Of a stretch of 64,000 nucleotides of DNA, positions 43,429 to 55,560 are shown piece by piece (within the stretch, counting starts at the first letter, position 1; each line of letters starts with the position of its first letter). Both the position numbers and the translations under genes were made by a program. The stretch is taken from the NCBI RefSeq assembly GCF_009914755.1, contig NC_060930.1; one strand, given 5' to 3'. The stretch comes from the human T2T-CHM13v2.0 reference genome, Homo sapiens. The notes below the pieces were generated by a model. That model worked only from the letters and a program-made list of their open reading frames with translations, was not told the origin of the DNA and did not search any database.

Positions 43429-43973
43429 GTCTTTCGCTGCTTGGGCTGCCATAACAAAATGCCATAGATTGGGTGGCTTAAACAATAGGCATTTATTTTC
43501 TCATCATTCTGGAGGCTTGAAAGTCCAAGATCAAGGTGCCAGCATGGTTTGGTTCTGATGAGGGCCCTCTTCCTAATACCCACAAGTTCTTGGGCTTACA
43601 CCAGTGGTAGCTAGGGGCTCTCAGGCCTTCAGCCACAGACTGAAGGCTGCACTGTCAGCTTCCCTGCTTTTGAGGTTTTGGGACTTGGACTGAGCCACTG
43701 CTGGCTTCCCGGCTTCTCAGCCTGCAGACGGCCTATCGTGGGACTTGAACTTGTGTGCTTTTTCACTGTGTGCTTCCATGGCCTTACCTTGGTGTATGAT
43801 TGTGGAGACATTTCTATCTTTATTCCAATACAGCTGCCAATCTATCAGATTAGGACCACATCCTCATGACTTCATTTAACCTTAATTACTTCCTAAAAGC
43901 TCTATCTCCAAATACATTGCTGAGGTATGGTTTTAACATATGAATTTTGGGGTACACAATTCAGTTCATAGCA
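43429..43973 (-). mobile_element. MaLR solo LTR, MLT1A/B-like, with an internal insertion
   Basis: 'gggctgccataacaaaat.ccataga.tgggtggcttaaacaa' to 'cacaattcagttcatagca'. Confidence 0.85.
43588..43756 (+). repeat. Inverted duplicate of 42840-43009 (MLT2A fragment)
   Basis: Manual alignment: 8 differences in ~170 bp. Confidence 0.93.
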
Positions 43974-44990
43974 GGTATCCCTCAGAGCTAACCTATCAAG
44001 GACAATAACAACCAAACACGTTCAGTTTCTGTGCTTTAATTGCATGATTCACTGTCACACTTGCTGCAGTAACTTTTGCCACCTTAGCAGGGTTCTTGCA
44101 ATATTTTGACCTCAGTAATTTAGAGATTCAATGTGCATATCTAGGTTAAATGTGTATTGGATTTGAAGAACTGTTAAAACTCTCCCTGTAGTCAAGTTAT
44201 TCTTCTGATACACTTTTCCAAAAGTAGTTCCTCAGGGATTTCTTGATCTTTCCAGATCTTCATCCTGGCCATCACATTATCAGAGTTAGCATTGCAGAGG
44301 AGAACACAGACTCAAGGTGACAAACTTGAATCCGATCCCTCTTTCTATCTGTGTGACCCGGGGAACATTGTGACAATCACAAAATATATATTTTTAAGTT
44401 ATTGTTTTCCTGAATCACCCAAACCATGGATATCTGATGTTGCCCATAATGAAATTTCATAGATACAATGTGGCTTAATATATTTTCCAATGGTCATTAC
44501 ATCTATATGTTATTTTCTTACATATAACTGAGAATTCCTGTTCTGAAGAGACAATGAACCACTAAGTTTACACAACTCTAAATTATTCTTTGGGATATTA
44601 TAAGTATTTCTTGGAATTTTCCAAATTGAATCTCAAAATCAGAAATATAGTCTGACCTAGTTATTATAAAGCTTCCTTATCACAAAGAAAAAAATAACGC
44701 CTGTTACATGCTCTTGTTAGTAACAACAGCCTTGTTCTCTAACCTTGTATTAAGCTGCTATTGGTGTGGTAGGAAATCCTGAAGAACACCAGAGTACATG
44801 GTATCATGACCTATGCCAAGATTTCAAAATGTTGTAGATTTGGCCATTTTAGACATTACTAAAATGTCAAGGAGTTCTGCTGCAGCAGTATGAACCTTTT
44901 AAAAGAGTGCTTTGTTTTCTGGCAAAAATAGACTTCCTGACTCATGAATATTCTTTTTTCAGGGAACTTAGGGAAGTGTGTGTATGTGAG

Positions 44991-45034
44991 TATGTGTGTG
45001 TGTGTGTGTGTGTGTACGCACGCACACACACGTA
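44991..45034. repeat. Compound (TG)n/(CA)n alternating purine-pyrimidine tract
   Basis: tatgtgtg...tgtacgcacgcacacacacgta read directly. Confidence 0.92.
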
Positions 45035-45539
45035 GACTATCTTGAATTGCAAAGTTTTCTGAAGGAGAGATATTTCCTTATATGTTTCCTTAGCTTTATA
45101 TTTTAAGATATGATAATGTGTTTTTTAACATAAGATTAAAACTATTAAAATATAAGCATTCATAGTAAATGCAAAGCCACTATTTAAAACAGATTGAGAA
45201 TGTATGCAAGTCATATATATTGCCATATTTATAGGAATTCTTGGAAATATTGTAACAAGTTATTACTGTTAGTGTTTCACATAATTATTTATGAATATAA
45301 AATATAAACTACTTATTTTGTAAAGAAGAGATTGATCATCCCTAAGCTGCTATCAGGTTCCACATTTAGACAATAACGGAATACTCAAGTAGAAAAAGTA
45401 ATCATTTTTTGCAATGTTTTCTTTCATCATTGAAAAAAGAAATTTAAAGTTTTCTGTTGTTGGGCAATGCTGAGATAATTACTTTCTTTAAAAGGTCAGG
45501 TTAAGAGGAAAAAATTCTAGAGAATAGTCATAGAAAATA

Positions 45540-45700
45540 AACCTGAAGATTCGAGTTCTTGCTTTGGCCCTAGAATTAAATAGCTCTGATACGTTAAGCA
45601 GATTACTAAACCTCCTGGAGGCTAAGTTTTCCTGTCTGCAAAAGGAGCGTATAGGAAGATTAGAGCACTGAAGACCTTTAGGTTCTCCCAGTCTGTAATT
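45540..45700 (+). mobile_element. MIR fragment
   Basis: 'agttttcctgtctgcaaaa', 'ttaagcagattactaaacctc'. Confidence 0.5.
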
Positions 45701-45864
45701 CTAGGTGGTTATTCCTGCAGTAGAATCAGTGGAATTAGTCTCCATGAACAAAGACAGTAAAGGTTATCCCAGGTGAATATTATCCTACATGTGGTTACAG
45801 GGGCTAAGCTTGTCATTATTATTAAACAGCACATTCCAGGTGGCATCCTCCAGTTATACCAGCC

Positions 45865-46695
45865 TGTGATTTACTGTCACCTTGACTAAGCCAAATGATA
45901 CCCAGGTGAAATATAATTTCTAGGTATGTGTGTGAGGGTCTTCCCAGATGAGACTCACATTTGAATTGGTGAACTCAGTAAAACGGATGGCCCTACTCAG
46001 TGTGGGTTAACATTATCCAATTAGTTAAGGGTCTGAATAGAACAAAAATTGAGTAGGAGAGGATTTGTCCCCTTCTTGCCTGCCTGCTTGAGCTAGGATA
46101 TTGTTCATCTTCTACCCTTGGACTGAGATTTACACCATTGGCTCCTCTAGTTCTCAGGCCTTTGGACTCAAACTGGGATTACATCACTGGCTTTCCTGGG
46201 TCTGTGGTTGCAAATGGCAGATCATGGGACTTCTCAACCTCCATAATCTCATAAGCCAATGATATGCTTTAGCTGTGTTCCCACCTAAATCTCATCTTGA
46301 ATTGTAGCTCCCATAATTCTCTCGAGTTGTGAAAGGGACACAGTGGGAGCTAATTGAACCACAGGGGCAGTCTCCATCACACTATTCTTATGGTAGTGAA
46401 TAAGTCTCATGAGATCTAATAGTTGTATAAAGGGAAACCCCTTTTGCCTGGCTCTCATTTTCTTCTCTTGTCTGCTGCCATGTGAGATGTGCCTTTGCCT
46501 TCTACCATGATTGTGAGGCCTCTCCAGCCATGTGGAACTAGGAATCTATTAAACCTCTTTCTTTTGTAAATTGCCCAGTCTCAGGTATGTCTTTATTAGC
46601 AGCATGAAAATGGACTAATACAGCCAATTCCTCATTTTATATACATATATAATCTCCTATTGGTTCTGTGTCTCTGGAGAGTCCTGACTAACACA
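45865..46695 (+). mobile_element. ERVL LTR (MLT2B/C-like), split by THE1
   Basis: 'tgtgat...tgtcaccttgact', 'ggcagatcatgggacttctc', end 'cctattggttctgt.tctctggaga..cctgactaacaca'. Confidence 0.88.
46260..46622 (+). mobile_element. THE1 (THE1B-like) solo LTR
   Basis: 'tgatatg...aaatctcatcttgaattgtagctcccataatt' to 'aaaatggactaataca'; perfect TSD gccaa. Confidence 0.95.
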
Positions 46696-48301
46696 GAAAC
46701 TGGTACCAAGAAGTGAAGTGCTATTGTAACAAACACCTACAAATGTGGAAGTGAAGTGGGCATTGGGTAATAAGTAGAGGTAGGAAGAATTCTGAAGTGC
46801 TTGCTCTAAGAAACTGAGATGATCATAAAGGGATTTTTAAAGGAGATTCTGATGAGTGCTCAGGAAGGAAAAAGGAGAGATGTAGAGGAAGTTTCCATCT
46901 TATTAGAGAATACACAGATAATCATGTACAGAGTGTTAGTAGAAACACAGATAGTAAAAATGGCCATTCTGATGAGGTCTCAACTGAAAATGAGGAATAT
47001 CTTATTAAACAATGGAAAATAAGTGAGCTTTGTTGTAAAGCAGCAAAGAACTTGCCTAAATTGTGTTCATGTTCTAGTGCCTTGTGGAAGGTAGAATTTG
47101 CAAGTAATGAAATAGGATATTTATAGGATATTTAGCTGAGAAGATTTCTTTTCTTTTTCCTTTCTTTTTTTTTTTTTTTTTTTTTTTTTTTGAGACGGAG
47201 TCTCGCTCTGTCGCCCAGGCTAGAGTGCAGTGGGGCACAGTCTCGGCTCACTGCAAGCTCCGCCTCCTGGGTTCATGCCATTCTCCCGCCTCTATCTAGC
47301 TGAGAAGATTTCTAAGCAAAGTGTTTAAGCAGTGGTTTGGTTGCTCCTGACTGCTTATAGTAAAATGTAATAGAGAAAAATGACTTGAAGACAGAATTAT
47401 TAAGCAAAAAGGAACTAGAACTAAGTGATTTGGAAAATTCTCAGCTCATCCATATGGCAAAAAATGAGAAACCATGTTCAGAAGACAGTACTGTAGATAT
47501 GGCCAAGAGACTGTTCAGTAAGGAGATTAGTATGGGTATGAACCATGGACTTAATTAACTACCCCAGCAAAGCAACTGCCAATCTGAACTAAAAGAGAAA
47601 GAGATGGAAAAAAATGAAGGAAGGCATCAGACTTCTGGGATTTCACAGGATGTGACCATAGAGATTTTTCACTATGAACAGGGTCTATTTTTCAAGGGAA
47701 GAATGAGGCCAAAAGCGATTTAGAAATTATCAGGGCTGCTTCCCTGGTTTCAAAATGAGGGGCCATTGCCTTGTTTTCAATAGGCAATAAGATCTCTGTC
47801 CGAAGCTGTGGAGGCTCACTCCCTGCCAGGTAGAACCATGGGGACAGGATTGCTACCCCGGTGGGGCCGAAAGGTGGGACTGCTGACCCAGTGGGTCTGG
47901 AGGGCAGAGTATAGAGCTAAAGATGATTATTCTCCAGCCTTAAAGTCTTATGGAGTTTGCCTTAATAGGTTTTGGACTTGCTTGGGACTCATCATCCCTT
48001 TCTTCCCCATTTCTGTCTTTTGAAATGGGAATGTGTATCCTGTGCCTGTCCCATTATTGTATTTTGGAAGCACATAACATATTTGGTTTTACGGGTTCAT
48101 AGCTGGAGAAGAATTTTGCCTCAAGATGAATCATTCCTTGAGACTCACCCAAATCAGACTTAGATGATATTTAGATGATGTCCTGGACTTTAGACTTAGG
48201 AGTTGAAGCTGGAAAAAGTTAAGAGTTCTGGGGCTGCTGGGATGAAATGAATGTATTTTGTATATGAAATAGGCATGAGTTTTGAGGGGAAAAGGGTAGA
48301 A
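46696..48301 (+). mobile_element. MaLR internal sequence (MLT1-int-like)
   Basis: Starts 'gaaactggtacc...aaatgtggaagtg...gggtaat'; 'gatttctaagcaaagtgtt', 'ctgcttatagtaaaatg'; ends in a polypurine tract 'gaggggaaaagggtagaa'. Confidence 0.8.
47150..47292 (-). mobile_element. 5'-truncated AluY
   Basis: Long T tail; AluY-type 'ctgcaagctccgcctcc' and 'gccattctcc'; TSD ta(t/c)tagctgagaagatttct-type at 47129-47149 and 47293-47313. Confidence 0.93.
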
Positions 48302-48838
48302 TGTCATGGACTGAATGTGCCCCTCCCCCAAACTCATATGTTGAAATCCTAGCCCCTGATAAAATGCGTTGAGCTTTGGGGAAAATAATTAGGTCACGAG
48401 AGTGGAGCCCTCATGAATAGAATTAGTACCCTCATAAAAATTCCCCCAGAGAGCTTTCTCTCCCTCCTTCTGCCATGTGAAGACACAGCAAGAAGTCCAA
48501 AAACCAGGATGACGGACCTCACTAAGAACCTGACCCTGCTGGCACCCTGATCTTGGACTTTCAGCTTCCAGAAATGTGAGAAATAAATGTTTGTTGTCTA
48601 AGCCACCCAGTTTATGGTACAGTCATACCTTGCTTTATTCTGCTTCACTTTATTGCACTCCACAGATAGTGCATTTTTTACAAATTGAAGGTTCATGGCA
48701 ACCCTCCATCAAGCAAGTTTACTGTGCCATTTTTCTAACAGCAGGTGCTCACTTCATGTCTCTGTGTCATAATTTGGTAATTCTCATAATATTTCAAGCT
48801 TTTTCATTATTAATATATCTGTTATAATAATCAGTGTC

Positions 48839-49060
48839 TTTTTCTTTCTTTCTTTTTTTTTTTTTTTTGAGAAAGGGTCTTGATCTGTCACTGAGGCTGG
48901 AATGCAGTAGTGCAATCCCAGCTCACGCAGCCTCAAACTCCAAGGCTCAAGAGATTCTTCTGCTTCAGCCTCCTGAGCAGCTGGGGCTAAAGGCACACAT
49001 TACTTTGCCAAACTAATTTTTATTAGTAGAGACAGGGTCTCCCTATTTTGCCCCAAGCTG
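48839..49060 (-). mobile_element. 5'-truncated AluJ inside Tigger1
   Basis: T tail, 'gcagcctcaaactcc..ggctcaag', 'tagtagagacagggtctc'. Confidence 0.88.
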
Positions 49061-49267
49061 TGATCTGTGATCTTTGATGTTACTACTGTAATTATTTTGG
49101 GGAACCATGAACCATACTGATATAAGGCAGAGAACTTAATCAATAAATGTTGGGTATTCTGACTGCTCCAATCACTGGCCATTCCCCCTATCTCGCTTCC
49201 TCTCCTTGGGCCTCCCTATTCTGCGAGACACATTAGTATTAAAATTAGACCACTTAATAACCCTACA

Positions 49268-50644
49268 GTGGCCTCTAAGTATTCAAGTGAAAGAGTCATA
49301 TCTTTCACTTTAAATCAAAAGCTAAAAATGATTAAACTTAACGAGAAAGACATGTCAAAAGCCAAGAGAGGTCAACAACTAGGCCTCTTCCACCAAACAA
49401 TTAGCCAAGTTGTGCAAGCAAAGCAAAAAGTTCTTCAAGGAAATTAAAAATTGCTACTCTGGTGAACTCATGAATAATAAGAAAGTGAAACAGCCTTATT
49501 GCCAATATGGAGAAAGTTTGATTTAGTCAGGAGAGAAGATCAAACCAGCCACAACCTTCCCCTAAGTTAAAGACTAATCTAGAGAAAGGTCCTAACTGTT
49601 TAATTCTATGAAGGCTGAGAGACGTGAAGAAGCTGCAGGAGAGGAGTTTAAAGCTAGCAGAGGTTGGTTCATTAGGTTTAAAAACAGAAGGTCTCTCCAT
49701 AACATAAAATTCAAGGTGAAGCAGCAAATGTTGATATAGAGGCGGCAGCAAATTATCCAGAAGACCTAGCTAAGATAATTAACGAAGGTAGCTATGCTAA
49801 ACAATAAATTTTAAATGTAGACAAGACAACCTTCTATTGGAAAAAGATGCCATCTAGGATTTTCATAGTTAGAGAGAAAACAATGCCTGGCTTCAAAACT
49901 TCAAAGACTAGACTGCCTCTCGTATTAGGGGCTAATGACTTTATTTTGAAGCCATAGTAGCTGATGACTTTATACTGAAGCCAATGTCCATTTACTATTC
50001 TGAACATATTAGAGCCCTTGAGAATTATGCCAAATCTACTCTGCCTGAGCTCTATAAATGGAACAACAAAGCCTGGATGACAGCACATCTGTTTATAGCA
50101 TTGTTCACTAAGTGTTTTAAGACCACTGTTGAGATTTACTGCTCAGAAAAAAAGATTCCTTCCAAAAGATCACTGCTCATTGATAATACACCTAGTCACC
50201 CAAGAGTTCTGATGGTGATATACAAGGAGGTTAATCTTGTTTTCATGCCTGCTAACACAACATTCATTCTGCAGTCCATAGATCAAGGTGTTATTTTGAC
50301 TTTCCAGTCTTATTAACTAAGAAATACATTTCATAAGGCTATAGCTGCCATAGACAGTGATTCCTCTGATGAATCTGGGCAAAATAAATTAGAAATCTTC
50401 TGGAAAGTAGTCACCATTACAAATGCCATTGAGAACATTCATGATACATGGGAGGAGTTCAAAATATCAACATTAATGAGAGTTTGCAAGAAGTTGATTC
50501 CAACCCTCATGGATGACTTTGAGGGGTTCAAGACTTCAGCAGAGGAAGTAACTGCAGTTATGGTGGAAATTAGCAGAAGCACTAGAAACAGAAGTGGAGC
50601 CTGAAGATGTGACTTAATTGATGCAATTTCATGATCAAACTTGA
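49268..50644 (+). pseudogene. Disabled Tigger1 transposase (CENP-B-type HTH and DDE)
   Basis: Start appears mutated to GTG; multiple stops and frameshifts; ORF 49984-50316 reads '[14 protein letters not shown]...[10 protein letters not shown]...[18 protein letters not shown]'. Confidence 0.9.
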
Positions 50645-51599
50645 ACGGATGAGGAGTTGCTTCTTATGAATGAGCAAAGAAAGTGGATTTTTGAGATGAA
50701 ATTTGCTCTTGCTGAAGATGCTGTGAACATTGTTGAGATGACAATAAAGGTTTTAGAACATTACATAAACCTAGTTGACAAAGCAGCAGCAGGGGTTGAG
50801 AAGACTGACTTGAGTTTTGAAAGAAGTTCTACCCTGGTTAAAAGGTGTATCAAATAGCATCACATGCTACAGATAAATCTTTCATGAAAGGAAGAGTCGA
50901 TCGATGTGGCCAAGTTTACTGTTGTCTTATTTTAAGAAATTGCCACAGCCACCCAACCTTCAGCGACCACAGACCTGACCAGTCAGCCATCATCAACCTC
51001 AAGGCAAGACCCTCCACCAGCAAAAAGATTAGGACTCACTGAAGGTGCAGATGATCGTTAGCAATAGATTACCTTTAATTAAAGTATGTACATTTTTTAG
51101 ACATACTGCTATTACACATTCAATAGACCATGGCATTGTGTAAACTTAACTTTTATATGTACTGGAAAGCCAAAAAAATTCATGTGACTCACTTTATCAT
51201 GGTGGTCTGCAACAGAACCTGCAATATCTCCGAGGTACGCCTGTACTTTGTTATGGCAGCCCGAGCTAACTAACACAGCATAGCAGATGCCATAGAAGCT
51301 GAAGGCTCAGATGGGGTAAGTCGACACTTATCCCATAAGGTACCAGGATGTCACTCTCTCAGGGAAAATTTTTTTGGCCTCCCTCTACACTAAGCCACAT
51401 CTCTTTTTATAGGGGATCATACAATTTTGAACAAAAAATTTCTGCCATAGCATTTAGCACAATTGATAGTTACATGTTTATATAACTGTATCATATCTGT
51501 CTCACTGTTGGGGTGTAAACTCCCAGACAACTAAGTCTAAGCAAGGTTTTAAAAACATTTGGTCTCTATTTTTTCAAGGTAACAAATGAACGTATCTTA

Positions 51600-53640
51600 A
51601 AGAGACAGAGCTACAGGGCTTATTATGGAAAACAGGAGCTCCCTGTCTCCTCCAACACCATTTTCAGCTCCCCAGAAGCAACTACTTAAATTCTTCTAGC
51701 TGAATATTGTGGCATTTTTTATTATCTTTATTAATATCATGCTTTTATTACTTTCAAGTAGGTCTTGAAATTTTGGCTTTAGGCATTGATTATTGGTGTC
51801 ACTCTTGGAGGAAAAGGCTTTCGTTCTTTTTCACACTCTCCCTACACTTACCACGGAAGCACTTTCTGTCATCCTATTCTCTCAGTATAATTGGGTCAGT
51901 AGTGATTATTATAACTATTATTATTACAGTATTATTGCCATGTAGTACCATTCTCATCTGAGTCACATAGCATTAGGTTTTCTGTTAATTTCCCTCTTTT
52001 GGAGAAATCTCTTAGAGCCTTCTGCCTGTTTCCATTCAAAACTAGCTGGTGCACAGACATCATCCTAGGATTCTCCATGCTTTCTCTTGGATTAAATCTC
52101 ATGTTTCTTGATTCCTTAAATCATATATATTCTATTTGTTTTGTTGCTGTTTCTCTCCTGCTTGGTGAAGTACATCCTGTAAGGGCTTCTTGAGAAAGGG
52201 TGTATATAAGGCAAAATTTTCTGAATCTTATGTATATAAAAACATGATATTGTGAGATATGTCTACCTTCTGAAATGATCAATAATACCATTTAGTATAG
52301 ATTTAGGTTAGAAATATTTTTTCTTCTGAATTTACCTTGTATTGCTATTGAGAAGTCTGACATGATTTGATACTTTATCCACTTTATGAAATCTGAATTT
52401 TTGCTCTAGAATTCGTTAAGATTTTTCTTTGTCCTCAGTGTTGTAAAATTTCCTAATAAATGTGGTCTATTTTTATTCAGTGTGCTGGGCACTTCATGGT
52501 CCTCTCAGTTGGGAAGCTCTTGTTCTCTAATTCTGAGAATATTCCTTTGATGATTTTTCTCCTCCATTAAAAAAAATCTCATACTGGAGAATTCTTATTA
52601 TTCAGAAATAGGATCCTTGGACTAATTTTTAAAAATCTCTGCTATTTTCCATCTCTTTATTATTTTGCTATATTTGCTGGAAAAATGCCTCAACTATATC
52701 TTTACTTTTATCTTATATTTAGTTTTCCATTTCCTCTATTATAATTTTAATTTCCATGCATATTTTTCTTTTGTTTTCTGAATGTGCCTCTTTTATACCA
52801 TACTCTTTTTCCACTGAGGCAGTATCTTATCTCTTCACATAGTCTCTGTTTCCTGCAAGGTGTTTCGGTCTGGTTTTGTTTGTCAAATTAGATGCCTTCC
52901 TGAAGCATGTGTTGATCCACTGTTATCTCCTCATTTTTGAATAAAGAACTTGTGAGTGTGCAAGAAATGGGTCAATTGTGCTCTCATTCCAGGGTGATCT
53001 GGCTGGGCTGTTTCCTTAGGGAATCCCTGATCTTAGTATCCTTAGGTTTTTCATTTTGAACTGATCAAATTCCCCAAAGAAAACTGATTGAGTATCCTTC
53101 CTCAAGAAATGTGATTGCCAGGATTCTCTAAGTCCAGTGAGGAAGAAAGCTGTGAGTCTCAACATTCTGTAGCTAAACTCTTAGTTAAATGCACTATTTT
53201 CAGTTTGGTACTTTGTTTACTCTTCTGCCTAATTATTCCAAGTTCATTGACTCTGTTTTTCTCTAGTCATGGAACAAAACTTCAGTTTCCCAGCTACATG
53301 GAGGAGTGGGAGATGGGGGGTGTCTAGTTGCTCTTAATCAATCTTCCTGTTACTAAGCTTACCCTTGCTTCACAGTTCCAGAGACACACAGTGAGGCCAT
53401 TTCCTGAGCTTTCTGGAAGTCCTTTGGTGGAAACTGGATTGCACCTGGACTTTCTCCACTTCTGGTTTTAGAATTCAACATTCTGGGGTTTCCAAAAATT
53501 CATTTCCATGATTACATCTGCTTTCCAGCTTAAATGATTTGTTGTTATTGTCTCCTAGTGCATGCATTTTGGCTTTACATGTGTGTGCCTTTTAAAAAAA
53601 TAAACCCTTTAAAAGTCATTTCACTGGGGGTTGGAAGGTA
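51600..53640 (-). mobile_element. Ancient L1/HAL1-like degraded sequence
   Basis: T-rich strand; 'tattgctattgagaagtctga', 'ttcagtgtgctgggcact'; boundaries vague. Confidence 0.45.
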
Positions 53641-55384
53641 GTTAAGGCACCATGACTACCTTGCTTATGATGACATCCTCAGAACAGAGTGCAGTGCCAA
53701 GGATTTAGAAGGTCCCTGATACGTATTTGTCAACTGAGTGAAAGAATCATCACCATATATAATTCTTTTCATTCTCCTTATGTGAATAAGTTTCAACAAT
53801 TAAGCAAAGTCTCTGTATGGGTCCTATGTATATTTCTCCCAATATTAAGATATTACATATTCTTTGCTATCTTAACATAAAGCTCTGCATGGAGTTCTTG
53901 GTCTTTTAGAACTTCGCTATTGTGAAGATAACTTTTTGGCATGAATGCACCATGTAGACTGAAACAGAATACCAGACTCCAACAATGACAAGAGCTTCTC
54001 TGGCTGATATTGCCATCTGTCCTGGTTTCCACTTAACATGTATATTAGTTATTTGAATAGATTATTGGGGGGTGAAGGTCACTTTATTGCAGCCCTTTGA
54101 ATACAGGGTCATCATGAATAACCTGAAACTGCAGCTGTGGCCAAAGAGAAAATGACTTCAACTGTTGACATGTGTCCTTGGTACAGACTTAATGGTGGTC
54201 TAATAATATTAAGCATAGAAAATATGGGACAAAGAAAAACATAGACTCACAAAAGGATCCCACTGCATATATCCTGACAGTTTTTCCTCTTATGGGAAGT
54301 TCTTCACAATGTGTATTCCATGTATGTGTGTGCTCTCTCTCTCTCTTTTGATCTCTCTCCTTATTTTCAATTACAGAGTAATTACTATAAAATGAAAATA
54401 TACTTAAATGTATAATTATTGTCACTCAATTCTGCCTTATTGGCTATTAACACAATATATACAAGTAGACTTTTAACTCAGCTTGAAGAAAAAACATATG
54501 AAAATAGGCCGCTTGCTTTATTAGAGAAATAGTTGAACAGGTAACTACAAACTATACTTATTTGTTCTGAAATAAATGTCACGTTAGGGCCAGGGAAAGA
54601 TGACATGAGAATCAAATTCTATGAGAAGCAGTGGTGAGGCAGGTAATTCCTAGGCTTTGAAAACGAAACAATGGATGCTGGCTAAGTGGCAGAGACTTTA
54701 TCTTCATTTTTGTTTCAGCATTAAGTTGAGTGAGGATAATCCTCAGGCAAAGTCAAATATCCATATCATCGGTGCCTTGCAGTGTCCGAAGCTGGGGCTT
54801 GACAGTTACTCTGGGCTGTGTGTGGAGGGAACTATTTTCTGAGGAAATGTTTGGCCCTGTCCACCGTGGTCCTCCTGGCCCACCTCCACTCTAGATTCTA
54901 TTGACCATCTTTGAGGCAGACCGCTTGATTAGATTCCTTAGTTTCTGCAATCAAAATTTAACCCTATTTTCATTTAATTGATCATGAAGACATATGTATC
55001 TCCCCAACACGGCATTTAAATTTCAGTTTCCTCCAAAGGTTGTTACCTTGAATTCTGTTGGCAAATTATTCCCCAAAGCCAAAGGTAACATATAAATTTT
55101 AATATTTTATAGAAACAGTTATCTGTTCTTCAAGAGAGAAAATATTTTTCTGTTACTAACTTTAAAATTGAATGTGTCATGCAATCCTTATATAAGAAAC
55201 AACATAATGAAATTAAGCAACAAAATGGATGTTATTTTGAACCAGGGTTTTAAAACATGGAGAAATGTTTTTCACAGGGTTTTCTATCACTTTCATTAAG
55301 TGGAGGGCATGGAATTATAATAATTTTTGAAAGCATTTTTGTTGAGATTTAATGTATGCATATAGATTTCTAAGTAACTTGATG

Positions 55385-55560
55385 ATGGTTGAGTGTTCTA
55401 AGCACTTTGCAAACAGAACTCATTTAATCTTCTTAATAACTATAAGATATAGATACCTATCATCCCATTTCACAGATTAGAGAACTCTCTCACAGAGAGG
55501 TATCTTTCTCAACATTACAAAGCTGTTAAGAGGCAAGAGTACAAGGCCAAACCTGTCTAT
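55385..55560 (-). mobile_element. MIR SINE
   Basis: 'ttctaagcacttt...ctcatttaatctt...catcccatttcacagat'. Confidence 0.75.

Larger units (their letters stand above)
48620..51243 (+). mobile_element. Full-length Tigger1 (TcMar-pogo DNA transposon)
   Basis: TIRs 'cagtcatacct' and 'aggtacgcctg'; TA TSD at 48618-48619 and 51244-51245; transposase remnants. Confidence 0.96.
48302..51277 (+). mobile_element. MLT1A LTR (48302-48619 and 51246-51277), split by Tigger1
   Basis: 'tgtcatggactgaatgtg...catatgttgaaatccta' to 'gccacccagtttatggta', resuming 'ctttgttatggcagcccgag...aacaca'. Confidence 0.9.

Noticed and set aside
49984-50316. Transposase-like ORF as a possible domesticated TIGD gene
   Set aside because: Lies in a TIR-bounded Tigger1 with many stops, frameshifts and a small internal duplication (~49931-49983).
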